From positions 1-64,000 of the forward strand of contig CAXULY010000006.1 in the NCBI GenBank assembly GCA_964252075.1: DNA of 64,000 bases. Direction: 5' to 3'. Source of the stretch: an uncultured Deinococcaceae bacterium (GTDB lineage Bacteria > Deinococcota > Deinococci > Deinococcales > Deinococcaceae). The translations under genes were made by a program, and so were the position numbers. Shown in pieces: positions 46,636 through 56,658 of this stretch (its first letter is position 1; every line of letters begins with the position of its first letter). The notes below the pieces were generated by a model, which had not been told where the DNA came from, ran no database searches, and saw only the letters and a list, made by a program, of their open reading frames with translations.

Positions 46636-47370
46636 TCAGCCCGCGCGCTGCGCGGCGATCATCAGGAACATCGGGCGTTCCCGTTCCTCCGCGAGCGCCG
46701 GGTGCTGCGCCACCTGCGCGTCGGTCGGGCCGTACTCCTCCACCCGGCGGAGGCTGAACCCCTCGCGGATCAGCAGGTTCAAGGTGGTGCCGAGCGTGCG
46801 GTGGTACTTCACCACCCCGGGCGCCAGCCAGTTCGTCGTGCGGCGCCCCTCGCGCTGGTAGCTGTCCACCGGCCACGTCCGCTGTCCGTCCGCGCCGCGC
46901 AGCCAGTCCGGGTGCCTGGAGGCCATGTAGATGGGGTGCTCGATGGAGCACACGAGGTGCCCGGCGGACGTCAGGGCCCCGTGAATGACGTTCAAGAGCC
47001 GCCCGAGGTCCTCGACGTAATGCAGCGCCAGCGAGCTGAACGCGAGGTCGAACGCCGCTGCGGGGAGGTGCAGTTCCTCCAGGTCCGCCTGCCGGTACGT
47101 GATGGCGTCGTCCGCCGTGCTGGACCGCGCGCGGTCCAGCATGTTCGAGGAGAGGTCCAGCCCCAGCACCTGCGCCGCGCCGTGCGCGCGCGCCCAGCGG
47201 CTGAACCAGCCGAAGCCGCACCCCAGGTCCACGACGCGCAGGCCGCGGACGTCCGGCAGCAGGGCGCGCAGCGCGGGCCACTCCGGCGCGCCCGCGAGGC
47301 CCTCCGTGGAGCGGCGCAGCTGGCTGTACCCCTCGAAGAAGGTGGGGTCGTCGTACATGTTCTGGCTCAT
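46636..47370 (-). CDS. Class I SAM-dependent methyltransferase
   Basis: MSQNMYDDPTFFEGYSQLRRS, DLGCGFG, SSLALHY, EHPI. Confidence 0.9.
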   Translation of the reverse strand: MSQNMYDDPTFFEGYSQLRRSTEGLAGAPEWPALRALLPDVRGLRVVDLGCGFGWFSRWARAHGAAQVLGLDLSSNMLDRARSSTADDAITYRQADLEELHLPAAAFDLAFSSLALHYVEDLGRLLNVIHGALTSAGHLVCSIEHPIYMASRHPDWLRGADGQRTWPVDSYQREGRRTTNWLAPGVVKYHRTLGTTLNLLIREGFSLRRVEEYGPTDAQVAQHPALAEERERPMFLMIAAQRAG

Positions 47371-47693
47371 CCCGTCTCGGCTCCTTGTCCGCGCGTGTGG
47401 CGCTTCAGGCAGTCTGCGGGCATGACTTCGTCTGGCGCATCCGCCATTGCGCTGTAGGCCAGCCCACGCGCCTCCGCCGCACGGGCGACGCGTTGAGCAC
47501 GCGAGCAACCTCCTGACGCCATAAAGCTAGGGGGGCACGGGGAGCCGGGCCGGGTGCAGCTGGCCTCATCATGGAGAGGGAGCAAGGCGACTGGTTCGTG
47601 CAGTTGGACGCGACCCTGAGGGCGCCATGCTCCCTGCGGCCGTTGATCGTTGCCCCGAACAGCGCACGACTGACGCAACGTCCCCTGAGGCCG

Positions 47694-48947
47694 TTACGGG
47701 CTGGTGGTCGGGTGGGGGCGCTCCACCCAGCGACCGTCCTGCAGCAGCACCACCGCACCGCCTCCTTCGGTGTGCGCGGTGACCTGCAGTTGGGGCGAGC
47801 CGATCATGAAGTCAATGTGGATGCGGCTGTGGTTCCCGCCCGCGCGTTCGAATTCCGCGGCGCTCATGTCGGCGCCGTGGGTGAGGGTGACGGGGTAGGC
47901 GCGCCCGAGGGCGATGTGACACGAGGCGTTCTCGTCCAGCAGGGTGCTGTAGAAGACCCGCTGTTCCTGCGCGACGAGGCTGTCCTCCCCCACCAGCGCC
48001 ACCTCACCCAGCCGCGACGCGCCGTCGTCGGCGGAGAGCTGCGCCTTCATCACGTCGCTGCCGGAGGAGCAGTGGTACTGCGTCACGCGGCCGTCCTCGA
48101 AGGTGAGGTCGAGGTGGTCGATGCGCTGGCCCTGCAGGATGAGGGGGCGCGTCATGCGGACGCGCCCGTGCACGTGCTGGCGGTGCGGGAGGGTGGAGAT
48201 CTCCTCGGTCGGCATGTTCGGGACGCCGTGAAGGCCGAGCGCGCTGGGGACGAGGGGCCCGAACCAGCGGTGCCCGGTTGGCAGGCCGACGCGCAGGTCC
48301 GTGCCGGGGCCCTCGAAGTGCAGTTCCTGGATGCGCAGGGCGTCGAGGGCCGCGCAGCGGTCCATGAGGCGGGCGGCGTGGTCGCGCCACGCGGCGGTCG
48401 GGTCGGGCGTGTCGAGGCGCATGAGGCGCGCGAGGACGCCCCACAGCCATTCGAGGGCGTCGGCGGGTGGGAGGTCGGGGCGCAGGTACTCCGCCCAGGC
48501 GGGGGTGGCGACCGCGAGCACGGACCAGTTGAACTGCACGCGGGAGCGGCGCATGCCGTAGCCTTCGAGGGCGGCGTTGCGGGCGGCGGCGCTCGCCGCC
48601 ACGCGCGCGTCGAGGTGCGCGGGCAGCGGGTCGGGGTGCGCGGCGTGCAGCGTGAGGATGGGTTGCGCGGCGAGGGCGTGCGCGGTGAGCGCCTGCGCCA
48701 TCCACGCGGGGTAGTGCGCGAGGGCGTCTGCGGAGGCGTGCCGGACGCGGGCGGCCTGGACGTGTGGGTCCTCGTACAGCACGTCGACGTCCGCGGCGCC
48801 CTGGCGGTATGCGGCGTCGGTGATGGCGCGCGCGACGTGGTGGGTGTCAGGTGGGCTGACGATCAGCAGGCGCTGGCCCACCTGGACGGGCACGGCGACC
48901 TGGACCGCCAGGTCCGCGTATTGGCGGTAGAAGGTGGGGTTGGGCAT
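47694..48947 (-). CDS. M29 aminopeptidase (AmpT/AmpS/PepS-like)
   Basis: NMPTEE, LGEVAL, LDENASCHIALG, HIDFMIG. Confidence 0.92.
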   Translation of the reverse strand: MPNPTFYRQYADLAVQVAVPVQVGQRLLIVSPPDTHHVARAITDAAYRQGAADVDVLYEDPHVQAARVRHASADALAHYPAWMAQALTAHALAAQPILTLHAAHPDPLPAHLDARVAASAAARNAALEGYGMRRSRVQFNWSVLAVATPAWAEYLRPDLPPADALEWLWGVLARLMRLDTPDPTAAWRDHAARLMDRCAALDALRIQELHFEGPGTDLRVGLPTGHRWFGPLVPSALGLHGVPNMPTEEISTLPHRQHVHGRVRMTRPLILQGQRIDHLDLTFEDGRVTQYHCSSGSDVMKAQLSADDGASRLGEVALVGEDSLVAQEQRVFYSTLLDENASCHIALGRAYPVTLTHGADMSAAEFERAGGNHSRIHIDFMIGSPQLQVTAHTEGGGAVVLLQDGRWVERPHPTTSP

Positions 48948-48962
48948 GGGTCCTCTCTAGGT

Positions 48963-49538
48963 TTACACCAGGCGGGGCGGGGTGCTCATGGTGAGGATGC
49001 GCGCGACGTCCCGGGCGTTGTTCGTCATGCGGTGCGGGAGGGCGCTGGGGTAGTAGGCGCTGTCGCCGGAGCGCAGGGTGCGGGTGGGGGCGTCGTGCAC
49101 GTTGAGCTGCACTTCGCCTTCCAGCACGTACACGAATTCCTCGCCGGCGTGGCCGGTGTCGTTGCGCTGCTCCGTGCCGGGCTGCAGGGTGAGCAGCACC
49201 GGCTGGATTTTCTGCAGGAGGTCTGTGAACAGGAGCTGCACGTGAATGCCGGGGCTGAGTTCGACCGTGCGGGGCGCCTCGCCGTGCCGGACGATCTTCA
49301 GGAAGTCCGCGCGGCCCTCGTCGGGCAGGAAGTCGGAGGCGGTGAGGTGGAACACCGCCGCGAGGCGTTGCAGGAGCGTGGCGGACACGTCCGTCTGGCC
49401 GCGCTCCAGCATGCTGAGGAAGCTGCGGGAGCAGCTGGCGGCGTCCGCGAGTTGCTGGAGGGTCATGCCGCGCGCCTGCCGGAGGGCGCGCAGCCGCTCG
49501 CCGAGCCGCAGCTGGGCGGAGGGCGCGTCACTTCTCAC
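48963..49538 (-). CDS. XRE-family HTH plus cupin transcriptional regulator
   Basis: LGERLRALRQARGMTLQQLA...LSMLERG; HAGEEFVYVLEG, GDSAYY..PH; start uncertain (GTG 49538). Confidence 0.9.
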   Translation of the reverse strand: MRSDAPSAQLRLGERLRALRQARGMTLQQLADAASCSRSFLSMLERGQTDVSATLLQRLAAVFHLTASDFLPDEGRADFLKIVRHGEAPRTVELSPGIHVQLLFTDLLQKIQPVLLTLQPGTEQRNDTGHAGEEFVYVLEGEVQLNVHDAPTRTLRSGDSAYYPSALPHRMTNNARDVARILTMSTPPRLV

Positions 49539-50415
49539 GTGGGTTGAATGTATCACGCAGGCCATCGCCGAGGAAATTGATGGCGAGCACGGTGATCAGA
49601 ATGGCGCCGCCGGCGGGCAGCCACAGCCACGGCTGCGATTGCAGCACCGTGATGGTGCGGGCGTCGGACAGCATGTTGCCCCAGGACGCGACGGGCTGCT
49701 GCACGCCCAGCCCCAGGAAGGACAGGGCGCTCTCCGTGAGGATCGCCTCGGCGACGCCGAGGGTGGTCTGCACGATGATGGGCGCGGCGGCGTTCGGGAG
49801 GATGTGGCGGAACATGATGCGGGGGTCGCCCGCGCCGAGCGCGCCGGCGGCCTCCACGTACTCCTGGTGGCGCAGCTTGAGGGTCTCGCCGCGCATCAGG
49901 CGGTAGGTGGGCACCCAGCTGAGCAGGCCGATGACGGCCACGGTGTTGAAGAGGCTGGGTTTCACGAAGCTGGAGATGGTGAGGACCAGAAAGAGGCTGG
50001 GGAAGGCGGCGACGGCGTCCGTGAAGCGGGAGAGGATCACGTCCGTCCAGCCGCCCCGGAAGCCCGCAATGACGCCCAGCACCGCGCCGATCACGAGCGC
50101 GAGCAGGGCGGCGCTGATGCCGATCGTGAGGGACACGCGCGTGCCGAACATCAGGCGGGACAGCACGTCGCGCCCGAGGGCGTCCGTGCCGAGCCAGAAC
50201 TCGCGGCTGGGCGGGCTCGCGAACTGAATGTTGCCGCTGGGACTGGTGGCGAGGTTGTAGGGGTCGTAGGGCGCGAGGACGGGCGCGAAGACGCCAATGA
50301 GGACCAGCGCGATCAGCACGACGAGGCTGAGGACCGCGAGGCGGTGGCGCGTGAAGCGCCCCGCGGCGCGTCCCTTCGGTCGGCGCGCGCGCAGGGGGAG
50401 GCGCGCGACCCTCAC
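49528..50415 (-). CDS. Peptide ABC transporter permease (DppC/OppC-like)
   Basis: LGTDALGRD, EYVEAAGALGA, HILPN, NFLGDGLRD; GTGA-coupled start. Confidence 0.92.
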   Translation of the reverse strand: MRVARLPLRARRPKGRAAGRFTRHRLAVLSLVVLIALVLIGVFAPVLAPYDPYNLATSPSGNIQFASPPSREFWLGTDALGRDVLSRLMFGTRVSLTIGISAALLALVIGAVLGVIAGFRGGWTDVILSRFTDAVAAFPSLFLVLTISSFVKPSLFNTVAVIGLLSWVPTYRLMRGETLKLRHQEYVEAAGALGAGDPRIMFRHILPNAAAPIIVQTTLGVAEAILTESALSFLGLGVQQPVASWGNMLSDARTITVLQSQPWLWLPAGGAILITVLAINFLGDGLRDTFNPREK

Positions 50416-51377
50416 GGGTCGAACCTCACGCGGGGGTCCACCACGCCGTACAGCACGTCCGCGACGAGGCTCCCGGCGACCACGAGGGCGGCGGTGATGG
50501 CGTTGATGGCCATCGAGACGGGATAATCGCGCGCGAAGACCGAATCGACCAGCAGGCGGCCCATGCCGGGCCACGCGAAGATCGTCTCGGTGATGACGGA
50601 GCCCGCGAAGAAGGCGGGCAGGGACAGCCCGAGCAGCGTGATGACGGGAATCAGGCCGTTGCGCAGCGCGTGCTTGATGAGCACCGTGCGTTCCCCGACG
50701 CCCTTGCTGCGCGCCGTGCGGATGTAATCCTGGCGCAGCGCCTCACTCACGGAGCTGCGCACGTGCCGCAGGATGCCCGCGATGCCCGTGAGGGTCAGCA
50801 CGGCGACGGGGAGCGCCATGTGCCACAGGCGGTCGAGGAACAGCGCGAAGCCGTGGTGGTTGGCGCTGTAACTCTCGTAGCCGGAGGTGGGGAACCACCC
50901 GAGCTGCACCGCGAACAGGTAGATGAGGGTCAGGCCGAGGAAGAAGCTGGGGATGCTGATGCCCGCGAAGACCAGGGTGGTGCTGAGGTAATCCACGATG
51001 GAGTACGGCCGGGCGGCGCTGTAGATGCCGATGCCGAGCGCGAACAGCACGATCAGCGCGAAGGACGTGACGGTGAGCAGCAGGGTCGGGCCGGCGCGCT
51101 GCTTCAGGAGTTCCGTGACGCTCTGCCCGTTGCGCACCGAGTACCCGAAGTTGCCGCGCGCGAGGCTGGAGATCCAGCCGAGGTACTGCACGGGCACGGG
51201 TTTGTTGATGCCGAGGGCGTCCTCGGCGCGCGCGATTTCCTGCGTGCTCATGCGGGGGTTGATGAAGGTCTGCATCGCGTTGCCGGGCGCCAGGTTCATC
51301 ACCGCGAAGCTGATGAACGACACCAGGATCAGCAGCACGAGGCCCTGCAGCGCCCGGTTCGCGACGAAGGGCAGCAT
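50412..51377 (-). CDS. Peptide ABC transporter permease (DppB/OppB-like)
   Basis: DYIRTARSKG, HALRN, ETIFAWPGMG, DPR. Confidence 0.93.
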   Translation of the reverse strand: MLPFVANRALQGLVLLILVSFISFAVMNLAPGNAMQTFINPRMSTQEIARAEDALGINKPVPVQYLGWISSLARGNFGYSVRNGQSVTELLKQRAGPTLLLTVTSFALIVLFALGIGIYSAARPYSIVDYLSTTLVFAGISIPSFFLGLTLIYLFAVQLGWFPTSGYESYSANHHGFALFLDRLWHMALPVAVLTLTGIAGILRHVRSSVSEALRQDYIRTARSKGVGERTVLIKHALRNGLIPVITLLGLSLPAFFAGSVITETIFAWPGMGRLLVDSVFARDYPVSMAINAITAALVVAGSLVADVLYGVVDPRVRFDP

Positions 51378-51381
51378 GCGC

Positions 51382-53016
51382 TTACTGCACCCACCACTTG
51401 GTGACGTTGACGTTCACGCCGCGGATGTCCGGCGCGAAGTTGTGCAGGCGCGTCTGGTTGCCGTACAGGGCCTGCGCCTGCGTGAGGGGAATCCAGGGCA
51501 GCTGGTCACGCATGAGCACCCCGAACTGGTTGTACAGGGACTTGCGGGTGGTCTGATCGACCGTTTCCTGCGCGCGTTCGAGGAGGCTCCCGCCGGCGGG
51601 GTCGGTGTAGCCGGTGAAGTTGTAGCCGTTGGGGGGCTGGCCGTCCGCGGTGAAGTACGAGAGGTACTCGCTGGGGTCGCGCTCGATGCCGAAGCCGAGG
51701 ATGAACAGGTCGAAGTCCGTGGCGTTCACGGCGCGCGGTTTGTTCTGGGCGTCTTTGGGCAGCAGGTACGTGACGAGGGTCGGGAAGTCCATGCTCTGCA
51801 GGTCCACCTGAATGCCGATCTGCCGGAGGTTCGCCTGGATGAGCGCGGCGCCGCGCTCCCGCACGGGGTTCCCGGTGGTGTAGAACAGGCGAAACTTCAG
51901 GGTCTTGCCGTCCTTGCTGCGCACGCCGCCGTTCATCTTCCAGCCGGCGTCATCGAGGGTTTTCTGCGCGAGGGCCGGGTCGTACGGGATGGCCTTGACG
52001 CCCGTGGGGTACGCCCAGTGGGATTTCGGGAAGAGGGTGTCGACCGCCGTGCCGTAGCCGGACATGAGGCCCGTCACGATGGCCTTGCGGTTCACGGCGT
52101 ACGCCATGGCGGTGCGGACGGCCTTGTCCGCGAGGAGCGGGTTGCGGAGGTTCGTGCCGATGTAATCGAAGCTCAGCTGGTTCACCACGGTGAGCTTCAC
52201 GCTGGCGTTGCCCTTGACGCTCGGGACGCTGGGGACCGGCACGGGCGCGGCGTCCACCTCGCCCTTCACGAGGGCGGCGAGCATGGTGTTCGCGTCGCCG
52301 AAGCGCACGATCAGGCGGTCGAGGCAGGGGCGGCCCGCGAAGTACGCGGTGTTCGCCTGCAGTTCGATGAGTTCGCCGCTGCGGTACTGCTTGAACTTGA
52401 AGGGCCCGCTGCCGACGGGGTTGCGGTTGGTGGCGTCCTTCTGCCAGTTCTCGACGGGGACCTTGCCGTAGATGTGTTCGGGCAGGATCATGATGCCCGC
52501 CATGGTGGCGAGGATCGGCGCGTACACCTTGTCGGTGGTGAGCGCGATGGTGGTGGGGTTCACCACCCGGATGCCGCTGATGCTGCTGGCCTTGCCGTCG
52601 TGGTAGGCGTCCGCGCCGCGCAGGACCTCCACCTGACTGAACGCGCCGCCGTTGTACTTGGGGTTCGCGATGGCGGTCAGGGTGAAGGCCACGTCCTTCG
52701 CGGTGAGGGGCTGGCCGTCGTGCCACTTCACGCCGGGCCGCAGCTTGAAGGTGATGGTCTTCTTGTCGGCCGAGAAGGTCCAGGACTGCGCGAGGTCCGC
52801 CTGGTAGTTCAGGTCGGCGGTGGGTTTCACGAGGGCGTTGAACACCAGTTCCTCAATGTTGGTGTCGTAGGTGGTGGGGAACACCAGGGGGTTGAGGTTG
52901 CCGGGTTCGCTGTTCTGCGCGATGGTGGCGGTCCCGCCGACTTTCGGGCAGGCGGCGGTCTGGGCGAGGGCGCCGGTGATGAGCGCGGCGGCGGACAGGG
53001 CGAGGAGTTTACGCAT
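51382..53016 (-). CDS. Peptide ABC transporter substrate-binding protein (family 5)
   Basis: Signal peptide; LRPGVKWHDGQPLTAKDVAFT, PVGSGPF. Confidence 0.93.
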   Translation of the reverse strand: MRKLLALSAAALITGALAQTAACPKVGGTATIAQNSEPGNLNPLVFPTTYDTNIEELVFNALVKPTADLNYQADLAQSWTFSADKKTITFKLRPGVKWHDGQPLTAKDVAFTLTAIANPKYNGGAFSQVEVLRGADAYHDGKASSISGIRVVNPTTIALTTDKVYAPILATMAGIMILPEHIYGKVPVENWQKDATNRNPVGSGPFKFKQYRSGELIELQANTAYFAGRPCLDRLIVRFGDANTMLAALVKGEVDAAPVPVPSVPSVKGNASVKLTVVNQLSFDYIGTNLRNPLLADKAVRTAMAYAVNRKAIVTGLMSGYGTAVDTLFPKSHWAYPTGVKAIPYDPALAQKTLDDAGWKMNGGVRSKDGKTLKFRLFYTTGNPVRERGAALIQANLRQIGIQVDLQSMDFPTLVTYLLPKDAQNKPRAVNATDFDLFILGFGIERDPSEYLSYFTADGQPPNGYNFTGYTDPAGGSLLERAQETVDQTTRKSLYNQFGVLMRDQLPWIPLTQAQALYGNQTRLHNFAPDIRGVNVNVTKWWVQ

Positions 53017-53045
53017 GGGTGCCTCCTGGGCGGGGTGGGGGGCGG

Positions 53046-54212
53046 TCATCGGGCGGTCCACAGCTGCTGCTGGCGGGGGTTCAGGTAACGCGCGCCGCTT
53101 TCGGTGACGAGGACGTTCTCCTCGACGATCATGCTGGGCTCGGGGCTCATCAGGACGGTGGGTTCCAGCGTGAAGACCATGCCGGCCTCGGCGGTGAGGG
53201 TGGGGGCGCGCCGCCTGGGGTCCCAGCGCGGGCCGAGCACCGCGCCGCCGTCGTGCACGTGCCGCCCGATCTGGTGGCCGGTGGAGTGCTGAATCTCCGG
53301 GTACCCGAGGTTCAGGAGGTGCTGGCGGGCGGCGGCGTCCACCTCGTGGCCGGGCACGCCGGGTCTGAGGGCCGCGAAGGCCGCGTCGATGGCGCCGTGA
53401 ATGGCCTGGAACACGCGCTGCTCGCGTTCGGGAGGCTGGGTCTCGCCGTCCTTGAGGAAGTACACGGTGCGGGCGATGTCGGAGTAATAGCCTTCGGTGT
53501 GCAGGGCGGTGTCCATGATGAGCAGGTCGCCGGGGCGCACGGCTTCGTCGGTGGGCGCGCGGTGCGACATGCCGACGCGGTTGATAAGGACCAGCGGGCC
53601 GCCGAAGTCACCCTGGTCGGGCGTGGCGCCGAGGTCGGCGGCGATGGCATTCATGCGCGCCTGGATCTCGCGTTCGGTCTGCCCGGCGCGCAGGGTGGCG
53701 TGCACGCGGTCGTAGAAGGTGATGGTGAGGTCAATGGCGCGCTGCAGGCGGCGGAGTTCCTCGGGCGTCTTGATGGCGCGCACCAGGGTCAGGCGGTCCT
53801 CGCTGCTCGCGATGGCCGCGTCGGGCAGGGCGTCGCGCAGGAGGCGCGCGGTGCTGAGGTACTGGCCGTGCGTGAGGCCGTCGCAGCGGATGTCGTGCTC
53901 GCTGTAGTTGAGCAGCACGGTGTGCGGCTGGAGTTCGCGCAGCCAGGCGGTGAGGGCCTCGTCGAAGCTGGTGGTGTAGGCGCGTGTCTCGATGAAGGGC
54001 GCGTGTTGCTCGAAGTGCCCGGCGTCGATGCGGGACACCAGGGCTTTGGGGCCGCTGGCGTGAATCATGAACGCACCCTTGCCGACGGATTCGGCGCCGA
54101 ACACGAGGGGCACGCTGGGGTCGCTGCCCTCCTGGGTAATGAACAGCCACAGTTCACCGGGCTGGACGTGCTGTGTGGCCTGCCGCGCCTTCTCCTCGCC
54201 CAATGTGGACAT
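53046..54212 (-). CDS. M24 Xaa-Pro peptidase, paralog A (388 aa)
   Basis: D..GYYSDIART, GHQIG..VHD, TLEP, IVEEN; GGAGG RBS before ATG 54212. Confidence 0.9.
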   Translation of the reverse strand: MSTLGEEKARQATQHVQPGELWLFITQEGSDPSVPLVFGAESVGKGAFMIHASGPKALVSRIDAGHFEQHAPFIETRAYTTSFDEALTAWLRELQPHTVLLNYSEHDIRCDGLTHGQYLSTARLLRDALPDAAIASSEDRLTLVRAIKTPEELRRLQRAIDLTITFYDRVHATLRAGQTEREIQARMNAIAADLGATPDQGDFGGPLVLINRVGMSHRAPTDEAVRPGDLLIMDTALHTEGYYSDIARTVYFLKDGETQPPEREQRVFQAIHGAIDAAFAALRPGVPGHEVDAAARQHLLNLGYPEIQHSTGHQIGRHVHDGGAVLGPRWDPRRRAPTLTAEAGMVFTLEPTVLMSPEPSMIVEENVLVTESGARYLNPRQQQLWTAR

Positions 54213-54363
54213 CCGGCCTCCCTGTGCGCCTTGGGGTGAAATGAATTTGCCCATTGTTAACACGATGAAGGTCATCAGTCAAGATATTGAACTGAGTGGG
54301 TTGAAGCCATGCCGCTCCTGTAGGCAATATGCCCCGCATCTGCTTGACCACGGGGGTTCTCCG

Positions 54364-54380
54364 ATTGAACTTAGTTCAAT
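54364..54380. promoter_or_regulatory. Perfect 17-bp palindromic operator in an AT-rich divergent promoter
   Basis: ATTGAACT-T-AGTTCAAT; a second partial copy ATTGAACT-G-AGT at 54286-54297. Confidence 0.75.
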
Positions 54381-54442
54381 AGATTGACGACTGGCGGTCC
54401 CGCCCGTACAATTCCGGGGAACGCAGATCCGCAGGAGGTGGC

Positions 54443-55609
54443 ATGAGCACGCTCGCCCGACAGAAGATCGCCCAGGCTTTGGAGGCGCTCTCCGCGCACG
54501 AACTCTGGCTGTGCATCACGCAGGAGGGCAGCGACCCGAACGTGCCCCTGCTGTTCGACACCAGCCTCAGCGGGCGGGCCGCCCTGATGCTGCACCCCAC
54601 CCGCGGCGCCCTGGCGCTGTGCGCGAACTACGACCGCGGGCACCTGGAACACCAGGGGCAGTTCGATGAACTCCGCGCGTACACCACCAGTTTCGGTGAG
54701 GCCTTCAGCACCTGGCTGGCCGAACTGCGCCCCAGCACCATTCTCCTGAACTACAGCGAGCACGACCCGCACGCCGACGGGCTCAGCTACGGCCAGTACC
54801 TCGCCACCGAGCGCCTCATCCGCTCCGTCCTCCCGGACGCGCGCCTGCTCAGCAGCGAGGACCGCCTGCGCACCGTGCGCGGCGTGAAGACCCGCGAGGA
54901 ACTCCGCCGCCTGGAAACCGCCGTCGACCGCACCCTCGACCTGTACGCGCGCCTGCACCCCACCCTGCAGGTAGGCCAGACCGAGCGGGAGATCCAGGCG
55001 CGCATGAACGCCATCGCCGCCGACCTCGGCACCACGCCGTACCTCGGCGGGCACGGGGGACCGCTGGTGTGCATCAACCGCGTGGGCCTCGCGCACCGCG
55101 GCCCGACCGACGAGGCGCTGCAACCCGGCGACCTGCTGATCCTCGACACCGGTCAGGCACACGAGGGGTATTACTCCGACATCGCCCGCACCGTGTACGT
55201 GCGGCGCCCGGACGAGGACGGCGCCCCGCACGCCCTGCAGGCGGTCTTCCACGCCATTCATGGCGCCATTGATGCGGCCTTCGCGGCCCTAAAGCCCGGC
55301 GTGCGGGGCGTCGAGGTGGACGCTGCGGCGCGCGCGGCCCTCATGCGGGGCGGGCAGCCGGAACTCAGCCACGCGACGGGCCACCAGATCGGGCGGCAGG
55401 TGCACGACGGCGGCACGCTGCTCGGCCCGGCATGGGAGCGTTACGGGCCCGCCCCGCTCGGCGCCGTGCAGGCAGGCGAGGTGTATACCCTGGAACCCAC
55501 CGTGGTGCAGTCCCCGCGGCCCAGCATGATCGTGGAGGAGAACGTCGTCGTGACGCCGGACGGCGCGCGCTGGCTGAGCCGCCGTCAGGAGCAGCTGTGG
55601 ACCGTCTGA
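54443..55609 (+). CDS. M24 Xaa-Pro peptidase, paralog B (388 aa)
   Basis: Same motifs as paralog A; AGGAGG RBS. Confidence 0.9.
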   Translation: MSTLARQKIAQALEALSAHELWLCITQEGSDPNVPLLFDTSLSGRAALMLHPTRGALALCANYDRGHLEHQGQFDELRAYTTSFGEAFSTWLAELRPSTILLNYSEHDPHADGLSYGQYLATERLIRSVLPDARLLSSEDRLRTVRGVKTREELRRLETAVDRTLDLYARLHPTLQVGQTEREIQARMNAIAADLGTTPYLGGHGGPLVCINRVGLAHRGPTDEALQPGDLLILDTGQAHEGYYSDIARTVYVRRPDEDGAPHALQAVFHAIHGAIDAAFAALKPGVRGVEVDAAARAALMRGGQPELSHATGHQIGRQVHDGGTLLGPAWERYGPAPLGAVQAGEVYTLEPTVVQSPRPSMIVEENVVVTPDGARWLSRRQEQLWTV

Positions 55610-56658
55610 CGGCCCTCGCGGCGCTGCTGGAGCGCGCGCCACTTGACGCGCTGCTCATCACCGCGCCGCACCAGGTGCGCGCGCTGTGCCGCGCGCACGT
55701 GTCGGCGGGCGCGCTGGTGGTCCGTCCGGGCGGCGCGGCGCTGCTGCTCGACCCGCGCTACCAGAACGCCGTGACCGTCTCGGCGGGCGTCACGCTCGTC
55801 GGGTACGCGAACGCTCGCCAGTACCCCGAAGCGGTGCGCGCGGCGCTGGGCAGCGCCGCGCGGCGCATCGGGGTGGACGCCCGCACCCTCACGCTTGCGG
55901 ACATGACCGCCCTCAACCCCGTGGGCGCGCTGACCTTCACCGGCATCGAGGACGACCTCGATGCGCTGCTGAGCGTGCTGGATGAGGCGGAGGTCCTCGC
56001 GCTGCAGCGCGGGGCGGACATCACGCGCCGCGCCATGACCGCCGCGTTCGGGGCGCTGAGGCCCGGCGTCACGGAGCGCGAGGTGCAGCAGGTGCTGCTC
56101 GCCGTGATCGGGCGGGAGAGCGAGGGGCCGTCCTTCTCCCCCATCGTCGCGTTCGGCGCGCGCACGGCGCTCCCGCACGCGCACCCGGGCGACGCGCCCC
56201 TGCACGACGGGGACCTCGTGACGGTGGACGCGGGCGCCATCGTGGACGGCCTGCACGCGGACCTCACCGACACCCGTGTGTACGCGGCGGACGGCCAGGC
56301 GCGCCCGCACGCCCTGCTGGACCTGACGCGCGGCGCGCTGGACGCCGCCCTCCGCGCCGTGCACCCTGGCGCGCGCGCCGCGGACCTCGACGAGGCCGCC
56401 CGCGCCCCCATCCGCGCGGCGGGCCTCGACGCGCACACCCTGCGCGGCATCGGGCACGCCGTGGGGTACGAGACGCACCAGGCGCCCATCCTGCGGGAGC
56501 ACGGCGCGGAGGTGCTGCGCGCGCGGCAGGTGCTGGCGCTCGAACCGGGCGTGTACCTGCCGGGCGTGGGCGGCGCGCGGCTGGAGGAGATGGTCGTCGT
56601 GACCGCGCAGGGCGGCGTGCCCATCGCGCGCTGGGTGTGCGCGAGGAGCGTCGCGTGA
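55597..56658 (+). CDS. M24 Xaa-Pro peptidase (YqhT/PepQ-like)
   Basis: ALPH, VDAGA..ADLT, GHAVG..THQ, LEPG, RLEE; GTG start overlaps the end of the upstream gene. Confidence 0.85.
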   Translation: MDRLTALAALLERAPLDALLITAPHQVRALCRAHVSAGALVVRPGGAALLLDPRYQNAVTVSAGVTLVGYANARQYPEAVRAALGSAARRIGVDARTLTLADMTALNPVGALTFTGIEDDLDALLSVLDEAEVLALQRGADITRRAMTAAFGALRPGVTEREVQQVLLAVIGRESEGPSFSPIVAFGARTALPHAHPGDAPLHDGDLVTVDAGAIVDGLHADLTDTRVYAADGQARPHALLDLTRGALDAALRAVHPGARAADLDEAARAPIRAAGLDAHTLRGIGHAVGYETHQAPILREHGAEVLRARQVLALEPGVYLPGVGGARLEEMVVVTAQGGVPIARWVCARSVA

